Of a stretch of 64,000 bases of DNA, positions 50,625 through 60,857 are shown piece after piece (within the stretch, counting starts at the first letter, position 1; the number at the start of each line of letters is the position of its first letter). The position numbers were made by a program, and so were the translations under genes. The stretch spans positions 352,001 through 416,000 of the forward strand of contig CAVZQN010000008.1 of assembly GCA_963777505.1 (NCBI GenBank), given 5' to 3'. The notes beneath the pieces were generated by a model. It saw only the letters and a list, made by a program, of their open reading frames with translations, was not told the origin of the DNA and made no database searches. This DNA comes from an uncultured bacterium (GTDB taxonomy: Bacteria > Acidobacteriota > HRBIN11 > JAKEFK01).

Positions 50625-51956
50625 ATGAAAACATGGCGATCCATTTTAAGTTTCGGTACAGTGTTAACGATCTTCTGCTGCTTGTGGCAGTGGGATTGCA
50701 GCCGGAACAGCGCGACAACGAAGCAGCAGCCTCCCATCATTATCATCGGTCTTGACGGAGCGGAATGGGACATAGTGTTATGGCTGCTTGAACAAGGACG
50801 GCTCCCTACAATTCGCGACCTGATGCTCAGTGGATCATACGGAATGTTGAACACGCATCGGCCAAGTTTATCGCCAATTCTCTGGACTACGATCGGCACA
50901 GGCAAAACGCCTCAGAAGCATGGAATCAAAGGTTTTGTCCGTGTTAAACCAGATGGAAGTCAGTCCGGTCTTTACACAAATTCCGACCGTAAGACCAAAG
51001 CGTTTTGGAACATCTTCTCGGATTACAAACGTTCCGTGTACTGTATTGGTTGGTTCCTAACTTTCCCTGTTGAGCCGATTAATGGCGTGATGGTGGCTCA
51101 GACAAATTCGTTGAAACTAAATGAGATCCAGGACTCATCACATCCAGGCATTCAAGGGCAGATTTACCCACCGGAACGGCAGCAAGAATTAATGGATGTC
51201 ATTGCTGATGCTGATCGGGAAACTTCGGCACTGATTCAAAACTTAATTCAGAATCAAAAGCCACATCCAGCAACGACAGACAAACTGGAACGAATTCGTT
51301 GGGCGTTTCGTGCGGATACAATTTATGAAAAAATCGCTTTAAAATTGCTGCAAAGTGGGAAAGTTCCTGATGTTACCGCTATCTATTTTGGAGGGATTGA
51401 TTCGGTAAGCCACATGTTTTGGCATTTTATGGAGCGAAGACCAAAGGATCCTTTGTCGGGATTTTCGGAAACAGAAATACGCAACGCTGCAGAGATCATT
51501 CCCAGATACTATGATCATATCGATAAACGAATTCAAAACCTCTTACAACAATATCCTCGAGAAAAAACAGTGATTATTGTGTCAGATCACGGTCACACAT
51601 ATTCAGGCCATACGAATGGCCCGCCTGCTTTCCTTGTTGCTGCAGGTTCCGGTATACGCAAGATGTCCAGTACTGATCCTTCCCAACTAAAACGATCTGA
51701 TTTACAAACGATCGGTTCTATTCTGGATATCACTCCTACTCTTCTGGAGATTGCGAATCTTCCATTAGGGCTTGATATGCAAGGCCGAGTTTTGAAACAG
51801 TTGATTGAGCCATCCTTTCTGGCCAGAAAACGGACCGAGCCGGTTCCTACACACGATACAGCCCAATGGCAAGCTTCACGACCCAAGCTTGCACCCGGAA
51901 ACGAAATCGATCCTGAACGACTCGAGCAACTTCGTGCTTTGGGCTATATCAATTAG
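50625..51956 (+). CDS. Alkaline phosphatase / nucleotide pyrophosphatase family protein
   Basis: IGLDGAEW, SPILWTTIGTG, VSDHG, DITPT and LRALGYI motifs. Confidence 0.85.
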   Translation: MKTWRSILSFGTVLTIFCCLWQWDCSRNSATTKQQPPIIIIGLDGAEWDIVLWLLEQGRLPTIRDLMLSGSYGMLNTHRPSLSPILWTTIGTGKTPQKHGIKGFVRVKPDGSQSGLYTNSDRKTKAFWNIFSDYKRSVYCIGWFLTFPVEPINGVMVAQTNSLKLNEIQDSSHPGIQGQIYPPERQQELMDVIADADRETSALIQNLIQNQKPHPATTDKLERIRWAFRADTIYEKIALKLLQSGKVPDVTAIYFGGIDSVSHMFWHFMERRPKDPLSGFSETEIRNAAEIIPRYYDHIDKRIQNLLQQYPREKTVIIVSDHGHTYSGHTNGPPAFLVAAGSGIRKMSSTDPSQLKRSDLQTIGSILDITPTLLEIANLPLGLDMQGRVLKQLIEPSFLARKRTEPVPTHDTAQWQASRPKLAPGNEIDPERLEQLRALGYIN

Positions 51957-51973
51957 CTCCCAATGGATTAATT

Positions 51974-52000
51974 CCGCCAAGACGCCATTGTCGCCAAGAA
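51974..52000 (+). repeat. CGCCAAG-type repeat unit (second copy)
   Basis: CCGCCAAGACGCCATTGTCGCCAAGAA. Confidence 0.7.
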
Positions 52001-52075
52001 TCTTAGTTGTGTTAAAGTGAACAATCATTTTTCGCAATCAACCGGATAATTGTGCGAGAAAAGGATGCACATACA

Positions 52076-53662
52076 ATGAATGAAACTGATGATAATGCCT
52101 CCAATAGTCTTCAACGAATAACCCGTTTGACACCAGAAGAAGCCAATCTCCGCTTTGAGCAATTACAACTTAAGCTGCTTCCACTCTGGGAATCGATCCA
52201 GCAGCTCAGCATGGATGAACAAACGATTGTCGTTGTTCCTTCCATCACGATTGACTCGGCAATTGCTGCTGTAATGCAGGCATATGAAGAACGTTTCCTG
52301 TTCCTGCTATTCTTACTGCGTCAGCCTCATGCAAGATTAATTTATGTTACCTCACAGCCAATCTTACCCGGTATCGTGGATTACTATTTGGGGTTGTTGC
52401 CAGGTGTCATTATCAGCCACGCAAGGCAGCGCTTGTTTCTACTTTCTCCTTTAGATGGATCCGATCGACCGCTCACTGAAAAACTGTTGTTACGTCCGAG
52501 ATTCCTCGAACGCATCCGTTCATTGATTCCTAACCCGGATCGGGCTCACATGATTCCTTATAACACTACTGAACTGGAGCGTGATTTATCCTTACGCCTT
52601 GGCATTCCTATGTATGGTGCAGATCCGAAATTCTTTCATTTTGGTACCAAGACTGGATGCAGACAGCTTTTTGCAGAAGAGGGCGTTGCTCACCCAATTG
52701 GATTCGAAAATCTAAAGAGTGTTTCTGATGTGATAGAAGCAATTCAAAATATCCGCAGAAAGAAGCCAGATGTTAAGAAAGTCATTGTAAAACTGAATGA
52801 AGGAGTTTCGGGTGAAGGCAACGCAGTAGTGGATTTACAGCAACTTGCTTCGGCAGGTGATCGAGAAGACCGAGTGGAAATCGAAAATAGGCTTAAGCAA
52901 ATGCGTTTCGAATTGAAAGATGCAAATTATGAAGACTATTTTGACAAGCTAAAACTGCGCGGTGGCGTTGTTGAAGAACTCATTCTCGGTGAAGAACTCC
53001 GGAGTCCCAGTGTACAGCTTAGAGTGACTCCTATTGGAAAGTTGGAGTTGCTTTCAACTCACGATCAACTCCTGGGAGGACCTAGCGGGCAAAGTTACCT
53101 TGGAGCACGCTTTCCCGCCGATACTGCTTATGCCTCTATTATTAGCGAGCAGGCAGCAAAGATTGGCGAACGACTGGCCAAATCAGGTGTCATCGGACGG
53201 TTTGCAGTCGATTTTGTTGTGGTGCGGCACAAGGATGGTCATTGGGATCCTTATGCAATTGAGATCAACCTTCGCAAAGGTGGAACGACTCATCCATTCC
53301 TTACTCTGCAGTTCTTAACCGATGGTTACTACGATCCTAAGAAAGCTCAATTCTTTGCGCCAAGCGGGCGTCCCAAGTATTTTGTGGCAAGCGATCACGT
53401 CGAATCTCCTGCTTACAAGAGCTTAACTCCGGATGATCTCTTTGAGATCGTTATGAAAAACGGATTACACTTCAATCAGTCCACACAAATTGGAGTCGTA
53501 TTTCATATGTTGAGTTCGATTTCACAGCACGGCAGATTGGGACTCACTGCAGTTGGAGAAACGCACGAACAGGCATATCAAATTTATGAGCGTGCTGTGC
53601 GTGCTTTACAAGAGGAAGCAAAAGTCGCACTCAACGATCCAGGATTGCCTGAAAAACTCTGA
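52076..53662 (+). CDS. PGM1-related ATP-grasp peptide ligase
   Basis: YEERFLF, VKLNEGVSGEGNA, SPSVQ, STHDQLLGG and EINLRKGGTTHP motifs. Confidence 0.82.
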   Translation: MNETDDNASNSLQRITRLTPEEANLRFEQLQLKLLPLWESIQQLSMDEQTIVVVPSITIDSAIAAVMQAYEERFLFLLFLLRQPHARLIYVTSQPILPGIVDYYLGLLPGVIISHARQRLFLLSPLDGSDRPLTEKLLLRPRFLERIRSLIPNPDRAHMIPYNTTELERDLSLRLGIPMYGADPKFFHFGTKTGCRQLFAEEGVAHPIGFENLKSVSDVIEAIQNIRRKKPDVKKVIVKLNEGVSGEGNAVVDLQQLASAGDREDRVEIENRLKQMRFELKDANYEDYFDKLKLRGGVVEELILGEELRSPSVQLRVTPIGKLELLSTHDQLLGGPSGQSYLGARFPADTAYASIISEQAAKIGERLAKSGVIGRFAVDFVVVRHKDGHWDPYAIEINLRKGGTTHPFLTLQFLTDGYYDPKKAQFFAPSGRPKYFVASDHVESPAYKSLTPDDLFEIVMKNGLHFNQSTQIGVVFHMLSSISQHGRLGLTAVGETHEQAYQIYERAVRALQEEAKVALNDPGLPEKL

Positions 53663-53687
53663 GGCTTATGAATTCAGCGCGGCAGCC

Positions 53688-54479
53688 CTATTGTTTGCGC
53701 GCTTCAATGAAAAGAGCGTAGCCCTGAAACGGCCATAATTTATCAAGGCGGGTAAAGACATAAATCAGCGGATATACGGCGGAATAAAGTTTCATCGAAC
53801 CTTGATGCTTTTGAAAACTTTCTTTTGATCCAATCGTGATATGGCCATCACGTTTATTGGATTCTCCTTCCATTCCTTTTCCAAGAATATTTACAAAAGC
53901 AAAATTAATTCCCATTTCAATGAATTCGGTAAAGAAGCGCGAGTATGTACTTTGAGTTTTGATGTCATACCCTTGAGCCTTCAGACGCTGACTCAAATCT
54001 TTTAAGTCATATCCCTCGCGCACATGACCATATTTATCCAGAGTTAAACCGATGGCTGGTTTGATTTTGTTTAACATAAATGCTGGACCAGTCGTTGGAG
54101 TTGAAATCAGTAATTGTCCGCCGGGCTTTAAGACACGAAACAGTTCTTTCATTGCAGCTCCATCATCATGAACATGTTCTAGATAATCGAGCGAAACGAT
54201 TACATCGAACTTTGAATCAGGAAATGGAAGGACATTCGGTGGAATTTGCAGCACGCCTTGTTTAACGAATGCCATCGCCCCCGCGACGTTGCTTCGATCG
54301 GTGTCAGCATGAAACCAGGTTCCACCTGCATTGCGCAAGAAATGCGAAACAGTACCTCGCGCACATCCAACTTCAAGACACAATTTTCCTTGAAGACTGC
54401 CTAGAGACTTCAAAAGCAGGTCGATCTTTTCCTTTTTTTTCAGGGATTTCTTATAGAGCTGTAATTGCCAATCTTCCAT
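53688..54479 (-). CDS. Class I SAM-dependent methyltransferase
   Basis: LEVGCARG, LPFPDSKFD, LEHV and RVLKPGG motifs. Confidence 0.87.
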   Translation of the reverse strand: MEDWQLQLYKKSLKKKEKIDLLLKSLGSLQGKLCLEVGCARGTVSHFLRNAGGTWFHADTDRSNVAGAMAFVKQGVLQIPPNVLPFPDSKFDVIVSLDYLEHVHDDGAAMKELFRVLKPGGQLLISTPTTGPAFMLNKIKPAIGLTLDKYGHVREGYDLKDLSQRLKAQGYDIKTQSTYSRFFTEFIEMGINFAFVNILGKGMEGESNKRDGHITIGSKESFQKHQGSMKLYSAVYPLIYVFTRLDKLWPFQGYALFIEARKQ

Positions 54480-54488
54480 GTGAGCTCA

Positions 54489-54512
54489 GATGCGGGATGC
54501 GAGATGCGCGAT
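54489..54512. repeat. Short heptamer tandem repeat (GATGCGN)x3
   Basis: GATGCGG GATGCGA GATGCGC GAT in the intergenic spacer. Confidence 0.55.
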
Positions 54513-55552
54513 TAGTCTTCCTCATAACGAGTGCGGAAAAATTTGTTCAGGAAATTGTAGCCGATTAGGTTGTCGCTGACGAAAGTGCGGAGATTAATTT
54601 TGGGAACGCCGACAACTTTCTTACGCCAGAGTCTGTCGCAGGTATTACAAGGGCTAATCTTTTGCCATTCCTCTTTTACAAGCGAATCGCGCAATCCAAC
54701 AAGCGGTTTCCCATCCCAGATTTCTTTGATTGTTTGTGTGCGCAGATCACCCATAATCAGCTCCTGGAAAAAATCTTGAGGACACGGCGTGACATGTCCA
54801 TCCCAAAGAATTGTGAGGGAGTACCACAGGAACGAGCAATGTGAATACGATTCGCGGTGACAATATTGATCGATGACAGGATTTCCATCAATAATGCCTG
54901 CCCAATTATGAGGCTTCTTTATGTAAAGTTGATCTAACGGAAGATCATCAAACTGACGCACAAATTCTTTTTTGCCTTCTGTATTTCCATCAAGATCAAT
55001 CACTTGAAAAACTGTAAACGGCTTTTGAAGGCCTGCTTCTTTTTTCATTCTTAAAAATTGCAGAATATTGGCAAGTGTCTTTTCAAAATTCGAACCGATT
55101 CTGATTTTTTCGTACGGCTCTTTTTTGAATCCATCAAATGAAAAACTGAGAAGATCGAATCCCGACTCCAGAATCGCTTTCGACATCTTTTCATTGAGTA
55201 TTGTGGCATTTGTATGAAGCCTGGTTTTGATCCCTTTTTCAGAGGCATACTGAATCATTTCCGGAAGGCCTTTGTGAAAGGTTGATTCTCCACGATGCGC
55301 CAGATTGATGTCGTATACATGACCAGCGGCTTCATCGATAATTTTTTTGTAAAGCTCGAAATCCATATGGGTTTTGCCCTTTGTAATGTCAGTAATTTTC
55401 GGATCACTTTGAGGACACATCGGGCATTTGAGATTGCAATACGGAGTCGGCTCAATCCAGAGGCGGATTGGCAAAGGAACTCCGTTAACCTTCTTTTGCC
55501 GGTATGCCATAAAAATCTTGGCTAACCGGTAGAGATGTTCAGCTTTATTCAT
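54512..55552 (-). CDS. Radical SAM protein with SPASM/twitch domain
   Basis: CNLKCPMC; HTNA; C..LW...WDG.V.PC...CNTC. Confidence 0.9.
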   Translation of the reverse strand: MNKAEHLYRLAKIFMAYRQKKVNGVPLPIRLWIEPTPYCNLKCPMCPQSDPKITDITKGKTHMDFELYKKIIDEAAGHVYDINLAHRGESTFHKGLPEMIQYASEKGIKTRLHTNATILNEKMSKAILESGFDLLSFSFDGFKKEPYEKIRIGSNFEKTLANILQFLRMKKEAGLQKPFTVFQVIDLDGNTEGKKEFVRQFDDLPLDQLYIKKPHNWAGIIDGNPVIDQYCHRESYSHCSFLWYSLTILWDGHVTPCPQDFFQELIMGDLRTQTIKEIWDGKPLVGLRDSLVKEEWQKISPCNTCDRLWRKKVVGVPKINLRTFVSDNLIGYNFLNKFFRTRYEED

Positions 55553-55717
55553 AAATCGGTGAATTGTATCGGATTCGGTGGGAAAAGCTCAACTCAAAAG
55601 TTAACACATTGACCATGCTTTTTCAACGTCGACAGCTTCTTTTAACGCCGAGTTCGTCGAGTATTATTTCACTGCATTTAACAATTCTTCTTCCTATCGC
55701 CAAGAACGACTTTGTAG

Positions 55718-56317
55718 TCACATTTGAGGGTGTGCGGTACCTGCGGAACGAAACACTAGATCCCACAGCGGTATTGACAGCCCATATGCAGTCTTGGAAT
55801 CCTTATAGTGGTGTGTTGCATGGTGCTGAACCAGCATTCTGACAAATGGAACTCTTGATCGTTTGGCCCAGCGGGCATGTGCTATAGCATGTAGTACTTC
55901 AAAGCCTATGTAGCCAGCAATGAATCCAGTTGCAATTCCCGCTTCGAAAGCACCAAACAATGAAAGTGCAATGACTGGTACCGCAACTATGAATGAATAG
56001 ATCAGCGGCACTGATTGTCGTTTCATATCATAGGGCTTTCGATGGTGTGCTCCGTGAAGTCGATCATAAAGCCCAGGGTTAGAAATCTCAAAGTAATGGA
56101 ATATCCAGCGGTGAATCGCGTACTCAACAAGTGAGAACAAAATCAAGCCGATAGGAAATGCAAATAGCATTTGACCGGATACGAATACCATACGAATGGC
56201 AATCGTTGTGTATACGAAAGCAACAAGCCAGAGGGGCGATCGAAGTAGCGTTTGTAAAGCCGCGATCCTAATTTTCGATCGCCATCGCCGCATCATAGCG
56301 AAGCCCCGTGATTGCAT
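55718..56317 (-). CDS. Fatty acid hydroxylase / sterol desaturase family protein
   Basis: EYAIHRWIFH, HGAHH, EVLHAIAH and HHATHH His boxes; WDLVF; start trimmed to avoid overlap. Confidence 0.85.
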   Translation of the reverse strand: MQSRGFAMMRRWRSKIRIAALQTLLRSPLWLVAFVYTTIAIRMVFVSGQMLFAFPIGLILFSLVEYAIHRWIFHYFEISNPGLYDRLHGAHHRKPYDMKRQSVPLIYSFIVAVPVIALSLFGAFEAGIATGFIAGYIGFEVLHAIAHARWAKRSRVPFVRMLVQHHATHHYKDSKTAYGLSIPLWDLVFRSAGTAHPQM

Positions 56318-56327
56318 TTTCGATACC

Positions 56328-56963
56328 TTATTCAAATGCTGCGTTTTGTGCCGCTTCCTGTTGATGTTGCTCAGGAATACTTGGCTGAACCTTTCCATAA
56401 TGGAGTCTTACCGTATCGCTAATTTCGGTTTCCTGGAGTTTGAGGACTTTTTCAGCGGAACTTTCATCATGATTTGTGATTTTCACAGACATCAATTTAT
56501 TTAGCTCAGTTGCGGTCTGAGCAAAATCTTGAACCTTTTTCAAATCGTCTTCATTCATTCTGTCCAAAGGACCTTTTTGGCGCGGGCTAAGATACATATT
56601 TTTGTTAATCCATCCTTTCAGATCTGTGGCAATTTCTTTGTAGTTATCACGATTTGCCGACAATAACTTGTTCAAATTGGCTTCGGTGAAAGGTGGTTTG
56701 TTTTCTGCTTTTGCAGCACTTATCAACTGCCGAAGTTCGCTGACGGAATAAGCTGTATCTCCGCTGAGTGGAGACTTGGGTAATTGCTGATCAAATGAAT
56801 TTGAAAGCTTTGCTTGTTCAAAACTGTCTGTTGGGTTGCCAACTCCAAGATTCTGTGCCGCTTTTTCTTGCACAGAGGAAGGGTTGGCTTGCTCGACATT
56901 CTGTGTTCGCTCCGTTTCTATTGAAAGCGGTGTATTGTTTCGATATTCAATTTTTCCTACCAT
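56328..56963 (-). CDS. Hypothetical protein with disordered MVGKI-...DSFE N-terminus
   Basis: SD AAAGGAGA; long ORF with no recognised domain. Confidence 0.75.
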   Translation of the reverse strand: MVGKIEYRNNTPLSIETERTQNVEQANPSSVQEKAAQNLGVGNPTDSFEQAKLSNSFDQQLPKSPLSGDTAYSVSELRQLISAAKAENKPPFTEANLNKLLSANRDNYKEIATDLKGWINKNMYLSPRQKGPLDRMNEDDLKKVQDFAQTATELNKLMSVKITNHDESSAEKVLKLQETEISDTVRLHYGKVQPSIPEQHQQEAAQNAAFE

Positions 56964-57143
56964 TGTTAGCTCTCCTTTAGAAATTATTGATTTGCCGTTG
57001 CAATCACAAAAATTATCGGTCGCAGAAAAAAAAGGGTGCCACGCAAGTACGTAGCTCCCGGTTTTTCTAGAGGTGATTTTAGTTCGTGGATCCTACGTAT
57101 TCAGGTAGGTGATGTTTCTATATTTTGACCAGGATGTGACTAT

Positions 57144-57620
57144 CTATTTCACAGCCTCAAGAAGCTCTTGTTCAGTAATAAGACCAACTTTTGAGAACGT
57201 ACGCTTTCCATCCTTATATACAAATGTTGCGGGAAGGCCACCCATCCATGCTGGATCGATTGAGTTCACCATTCCCTCAAAATCTTCACCTTCGCGAAGG
57301 ACGACTTTGTAGTTCATGCCAAGCTTTTTTGCGAACTGTTCAACGGTTGCTTGCTGGTCTGGTTCATCCATCGAAATTCCAATAATCTCAACTTCGGGAT
57401 GCTGTTGTTGAAGCCGAATAAAAATTGGAATTTCTTCAACGCAGGGTTGGCACCATGTCGCCCAGAAATTTAGGATGACCGTTTTTTGCTGTGCACCCAG
57501 ATTTGAAATTCCGGCATCATCCAATTTTTGAATCGATCCGGAGGAACTACATCCCGCGAGGAGTAATACAAATCCGCTAATCCAAAGGAGTTGGCGTATT
57601 AAGCGCGCTTGATGCTGCAT
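57144..57620 (-). CDS. TlpA-like thiol:disulfide reductase lipoprotein
   Basis: Lipobox LLAGC; NFWATWCQPC; GLPAT. Confidence 0.88.
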   Translation of the reverse strand: MQHQARLIRQLLWISGFVLLLAGCSSSGSIQKLDDAGISNLGAQQKTVILNFWATWCQPCVEEIPIFIRLQQQHPEVEIIGISMDEPDQQATVEQFAKKLGMNYKVVLREGEDFEGMVNSIDPAWMGGLPATFVYKDGKRTFSKVGLITEQELLEAVK

Positions 57621-58165
57621 CCGAATGCTTTTGTCTTGTTCTTAGCGATTTCCTGGCCTTTTAAAAGTGCATCGAGCGCTTCCCGGATGTCCTTTGCGTT
57701 CGCACGAGATTCATCCGTTGTAGGATTCGAGCTGTTCCCAAGTGCACCGTGATATCGAATCGTTCCTGTGCCATCTATCAAAAACGCTTCAGGCGTGACG
57801 GTTGCACCATAAAGATCGGCAATTTTATTACCGACATCTTTCACTACAATAAATGGAAAATTCTTTTTTGTATGTGCTGCCATATCTTCTGCAGTTTCAG
57901 TACTGTTGGCATTGATTCCGATCACGACAACGCCTTTTTCCGAATAATCATCGGCTAATTTTGCCATTACTTTATTGAAGGCATTCGAATAAGGGCATCG
58001 AACTGAAACAAAAATTGCGACAACGTTTTTGCCGCTATAATCCGCAAGTTTTATTTGTTTGCCGCTGCCATCCATAAGAGAGAAATCTGCAGCTTTTTCT
58101 CCGGCATCCAGAGCAAAGACTGTTGAAGCAAGTAATACGAAAAGAATTGATAATTTAACGAGCAT
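57599..58165 (-). CDS. Exported redoxin (AhpC/TSA-like thioredoxin family)
   Basis: Signal peptide; RCPYS; TPEAF; C-terminal AFGCSIK. Confidence 0.85.
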   Translation of the reverse strand: MLVKLSILFVLLASTVFALDAGEKAADFSLMDGSGKQIKLADYSGKNVVAIFVSVRCPYSNAFNKVMAKLADDYSEKGVVVIGINANSTETAEDMAAHTKKNFPFIVVKDVGNKIADLYGATVTPEAFLIDGTGTIRYHGALGNSSNPTTDESRANAKDIREALDALLKGQEIAKNKTKAFGCSIKRA

Positions 58166-58304
58166 TCTTGTCTCCTTTGTATCTAAATTCCAACACCATA
58201 AGTTAAGGCTTTTTTCCTTTTAGCTCAACCGCCAGGGCGTCATGACGCCAGGATCTACACAAAAGTAGTACACTAATATTCTGCTATTCTTCCGGACAAA
58301 AAGC

Positions 58305-60809
58305 ATGACACCGGATCGCTGGAAACAGATCGAAGAAATCTTTTCTCAAGCCATCGAACTACCTGCAACTGAAAGAACCGCTTTCTTACAACACACCTGC
58401 GGCAATGATGAAGAACTCTTAGGTGAAATTGAATCTCTGCTGCAGCAGGAAGTTGAAACAGGAACACTCTTCGCCACAGCCATCTCGAAAGCAGCCGGTT
58501 CGTTATCTGAAGATGAAATAAAGGTGTTTGAAGGAAAACGGATCGGCCCTTACAGGATTATTGGTCTGATTGGTCAAGGTGGAATGGCTGAGGTTTATCG
58601 CGCGATTCGTGATGACGATCAGTATCAAAAACAAGTTGCTATCAAACTCATTCGAACCAACATTGGTGCAGTCTTTTTAATTAAACGATTTCAACAAGAG
58701 CGTCAGATTCTTGCTTCACTCGAACATGCTTGTATTGCACGCTTTCTAGAAGGAGGCACAACTCAAGACGGTATTCCTTATCTGGTTATGGAATACATCG
58801 AAGGTGAACAAATCACTACCTACTGTAAAATTCGTAATCTTAGCATTCGTGAACGGCTTCAACTTTTCCGATCCGTTTGTGATGCTATCCAATATGCTCA
58901 CCGCAATCTTGTGATCCATCGCGATCTTAAACCAAGCAATATTCTGGTGACAGCCGATGGAGTGCCCAAGCTTCTGGATTTCGGTATCGCAAAGTTGTTA
59001 AATCCGGAACAGCCGGAAGATGTTTCAAACGTTGCCCAAACAGTAACTTCGATTCGGATTATGACTCCGGAATATGCAAGTCCGGAACAAATTCGTGGAG
59101 AAACTGTAACAACATCGACTGATGTTTACTCGCTTGGTGCGATCTTGTATGAACTATTGACTGGCAGCCGTCCGCGTGAGTTTAAAACGAAATCACTGGT
59201 TGGTATCGAACGGGTTGTGACTGAAGAAGAACCCCAGAAGCCGAGTATCGTTGTCGCAAAGAATCGAACCGATCCATCGCGTCCGGTGGAATACAGCACG
59301 AAGAAACTCAGCCGTGAGCTGGCTCGCGATCTTGACAACATTGTTTTGATGGCGATGCAGAGGGAGCCGCAACATCGTTATCTGTCAGCCGATCAATTCG
59401 GCCAGGATATTGACAACTATCTTGAAGGCCGACCGATAAAGGCTCGCACCCCAACCCTGGGATATCGTTTTTCTAAATTTGTACGCCGTCACAAAATCGG
59501 CGTTTCGGTAGCGATCGCTTTTCTTCTCTTCACCGTCCTTTTTGTTGCCGGTATACTTCGCGAAAGAAGCCGCGCTGAAGAAGCCAGAATAAAAGCCGAA
59601 CGTGAAGCCGCCCGTGCAAAAGCGGTCAGCGAGTTTTTACAACGAACTCTTGCTTCTGCCAATCCTTTTAATCTGGGCAAAGATGTTTCACTTGTTGTCG
59701 CTTTAGAATCCGCGTCTAAAGAAATTGGAAATTCATTCAAAAATGAACCTGAAACAGAGGCCGATGTTCGTGACACTGTCGGTTTTACTTTTCTGAAGCT
59801 CGGAAAGTATGACGATGCTGAGAAACATCTTACACGTGCTTTAGAGATCCGAAAAAAACTTTACCGTGGTGATCATCGTGATGTCGCAGAAACTCTCGAT
59901 AATCTTGGGACTATGTATCAGGAGAAAGGCGATTTAGTAAAGGGGGAAAAATTTTTCCGGGAAGCCCTCGCAATGCGGAAAAAAGTCTTAGAGAAAGATG
60001 CAACACAGATCGCGAACAGTCTAAATAATTTGGCGGTACTCCTTCATGACAACGGCAAGATCGAAGAAGCAGAAAAACTTCAGCGCGAAGCTTTAGTAAT
60101 CCGACGCAAAGTAAATGATCCAGAAAAATTGGCAACGAGTTTAAATAATCTTGGAGCCATTTTGATTGATAAACGCGAATTTACGGAGGCGGAATCATTA
60201 CTACGACAAGTCCTGGAACACGATGGCAAGAAATATGGTGAAAACCATATCAATTATGCATACACCTTGAACAATCTCGCATTCGTAATGGAACAAAGCG
60301 GAAAGCTTGCAGAAGCTGAACCGGTGTATCGAAAAGTATTTGAGATGATGCCCAAACTCATGGGCACAGAACACCTGATTACTACTCGAAGCGCAAACAA
60401 TTATGGCCGTATTCTTATGTTGCAAGGAAAAATCGAAGATGCAGAACCAATTCTGCGCCGAAATCTCGAAGTTCAAAAACGCATTCTGCCAGCTGACCAT
60501 CACCAAATCGCAATCAGTTCAAGTACGCTTGCGCAAACGTTGAAGCGTAAGAATCAATGCGATGAATCAGAACCCTTGTTTCGGCAGGCGATTACCATCT
60601 TTGCGAAATCCAATTACGATCCGGCGGAGAAGTCCATCACAAAAGGCTTTCTTGGAGAATGCTTGACCACAATGAAGCGCTTTCCTGAAGCGGAAAAAGT
60701 ACTGCTTGAAAGCCAGTCTGAACTTGTTGCACTCAAGGGTGCAGACGATAGGGCAACCAAAGAAGCGCAGCTGCGGCTGACCCAGCTTTACAACGTTACA
60801 AAGAAATAG
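58305..60809 (+). CDS. Ser/Thr protein kinase with TM and kinesin-light-chain-like TPRs
   Basis: GQGGMAEV, HRDLKPSN, DFG and TPEYASPE; SLNNLA repeats. Confidence 0.93.
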   Translation: MTPDRWKQIEEIFSQAIELPATERTAFLQHTCGNDEELLGEIESLLQQEVETGTLFATAISKAAGSLSEDEIKVFEGKRIGPYRIIGLIGQGGMAEVYRAIRDDDQYQKQVAIKLIRTNIGAVFLIKRFQQERQILASLEHACIARFLEGGTTQDGIPYLVMEYIEGEQITTYCKIRNLSIRERLQLFRSVCDAIQYAHRNLVIHRDLKPSNILVTADGVPKLLDFGIAKLLNPEQPEDVSNVAQTVTSIRIMTPEYASPEQIRGETVTTSTDVYSLGAILYELLTGSRPREFKTKSLVGIERVVTEEEPQKPSIVVAKNRTDPSRPVEYSTKKLSRELARDLDNIVLMAMQREPQHRYLSADQFGQDIDNYLEGRPIKARTPTLGYRFSKFVRRHKIGVSVAIAFLLFTVLFVAGILRERSRAEEARIKAEREAARAKAVSEFLQRTLASANPFNLGKDVSLVVALESASKEIGNSFKNEPETEADVRDTVGFTFLKLGKYDDAEKHLTRALEIRKKLYRGDHRDVAETLDNLGTMYQEKGDLVKGEKFFREALAMRKKVLEKDATQIANSLNNLAVLLHDNGKIEEAEKLQREALVIRRKVNDPEKLATSLNNLGAILIDKREFTEAESLLRQVLEHDGKKYGENHINYAYTLNNLAFVMEQSGKLAEAEPVYRKVFEMMPKLMGTEHLITTRSANNYGRILMLQGKIEDAEPILRRNLEVQKRILPADHHQIAISSSTLAQTLKRKNQCDESEPLFRQAITIFAKSNYDPAEKSITKGFLGECLTTMKRFPEAEKVLLESQSELVALKGADDRATKEAQLRLTQLYNVTKK

Positions 60810-60814
60810 CCACG

Positions 60815-60846
60815 AAAAATTGAAGGGGTATGCCGTAGCATACCCC
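60815..60846 (-). terminator. Hairpin terminator between convergent genes
   Basis: GGGGTATGC-CGTA-GCATACCCC stem; T-rich tail on the minus strand. Confidence 0.6.
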
Positions 60847-60857
60847 ATTCATAATTC

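Noticed and set aside
57021-57041. Sigma54 promoter for the 56963 orphan (TGGCAC...TGC)
   Set aside because: GG-to-GC spacing is 15 nt, not the required 10.
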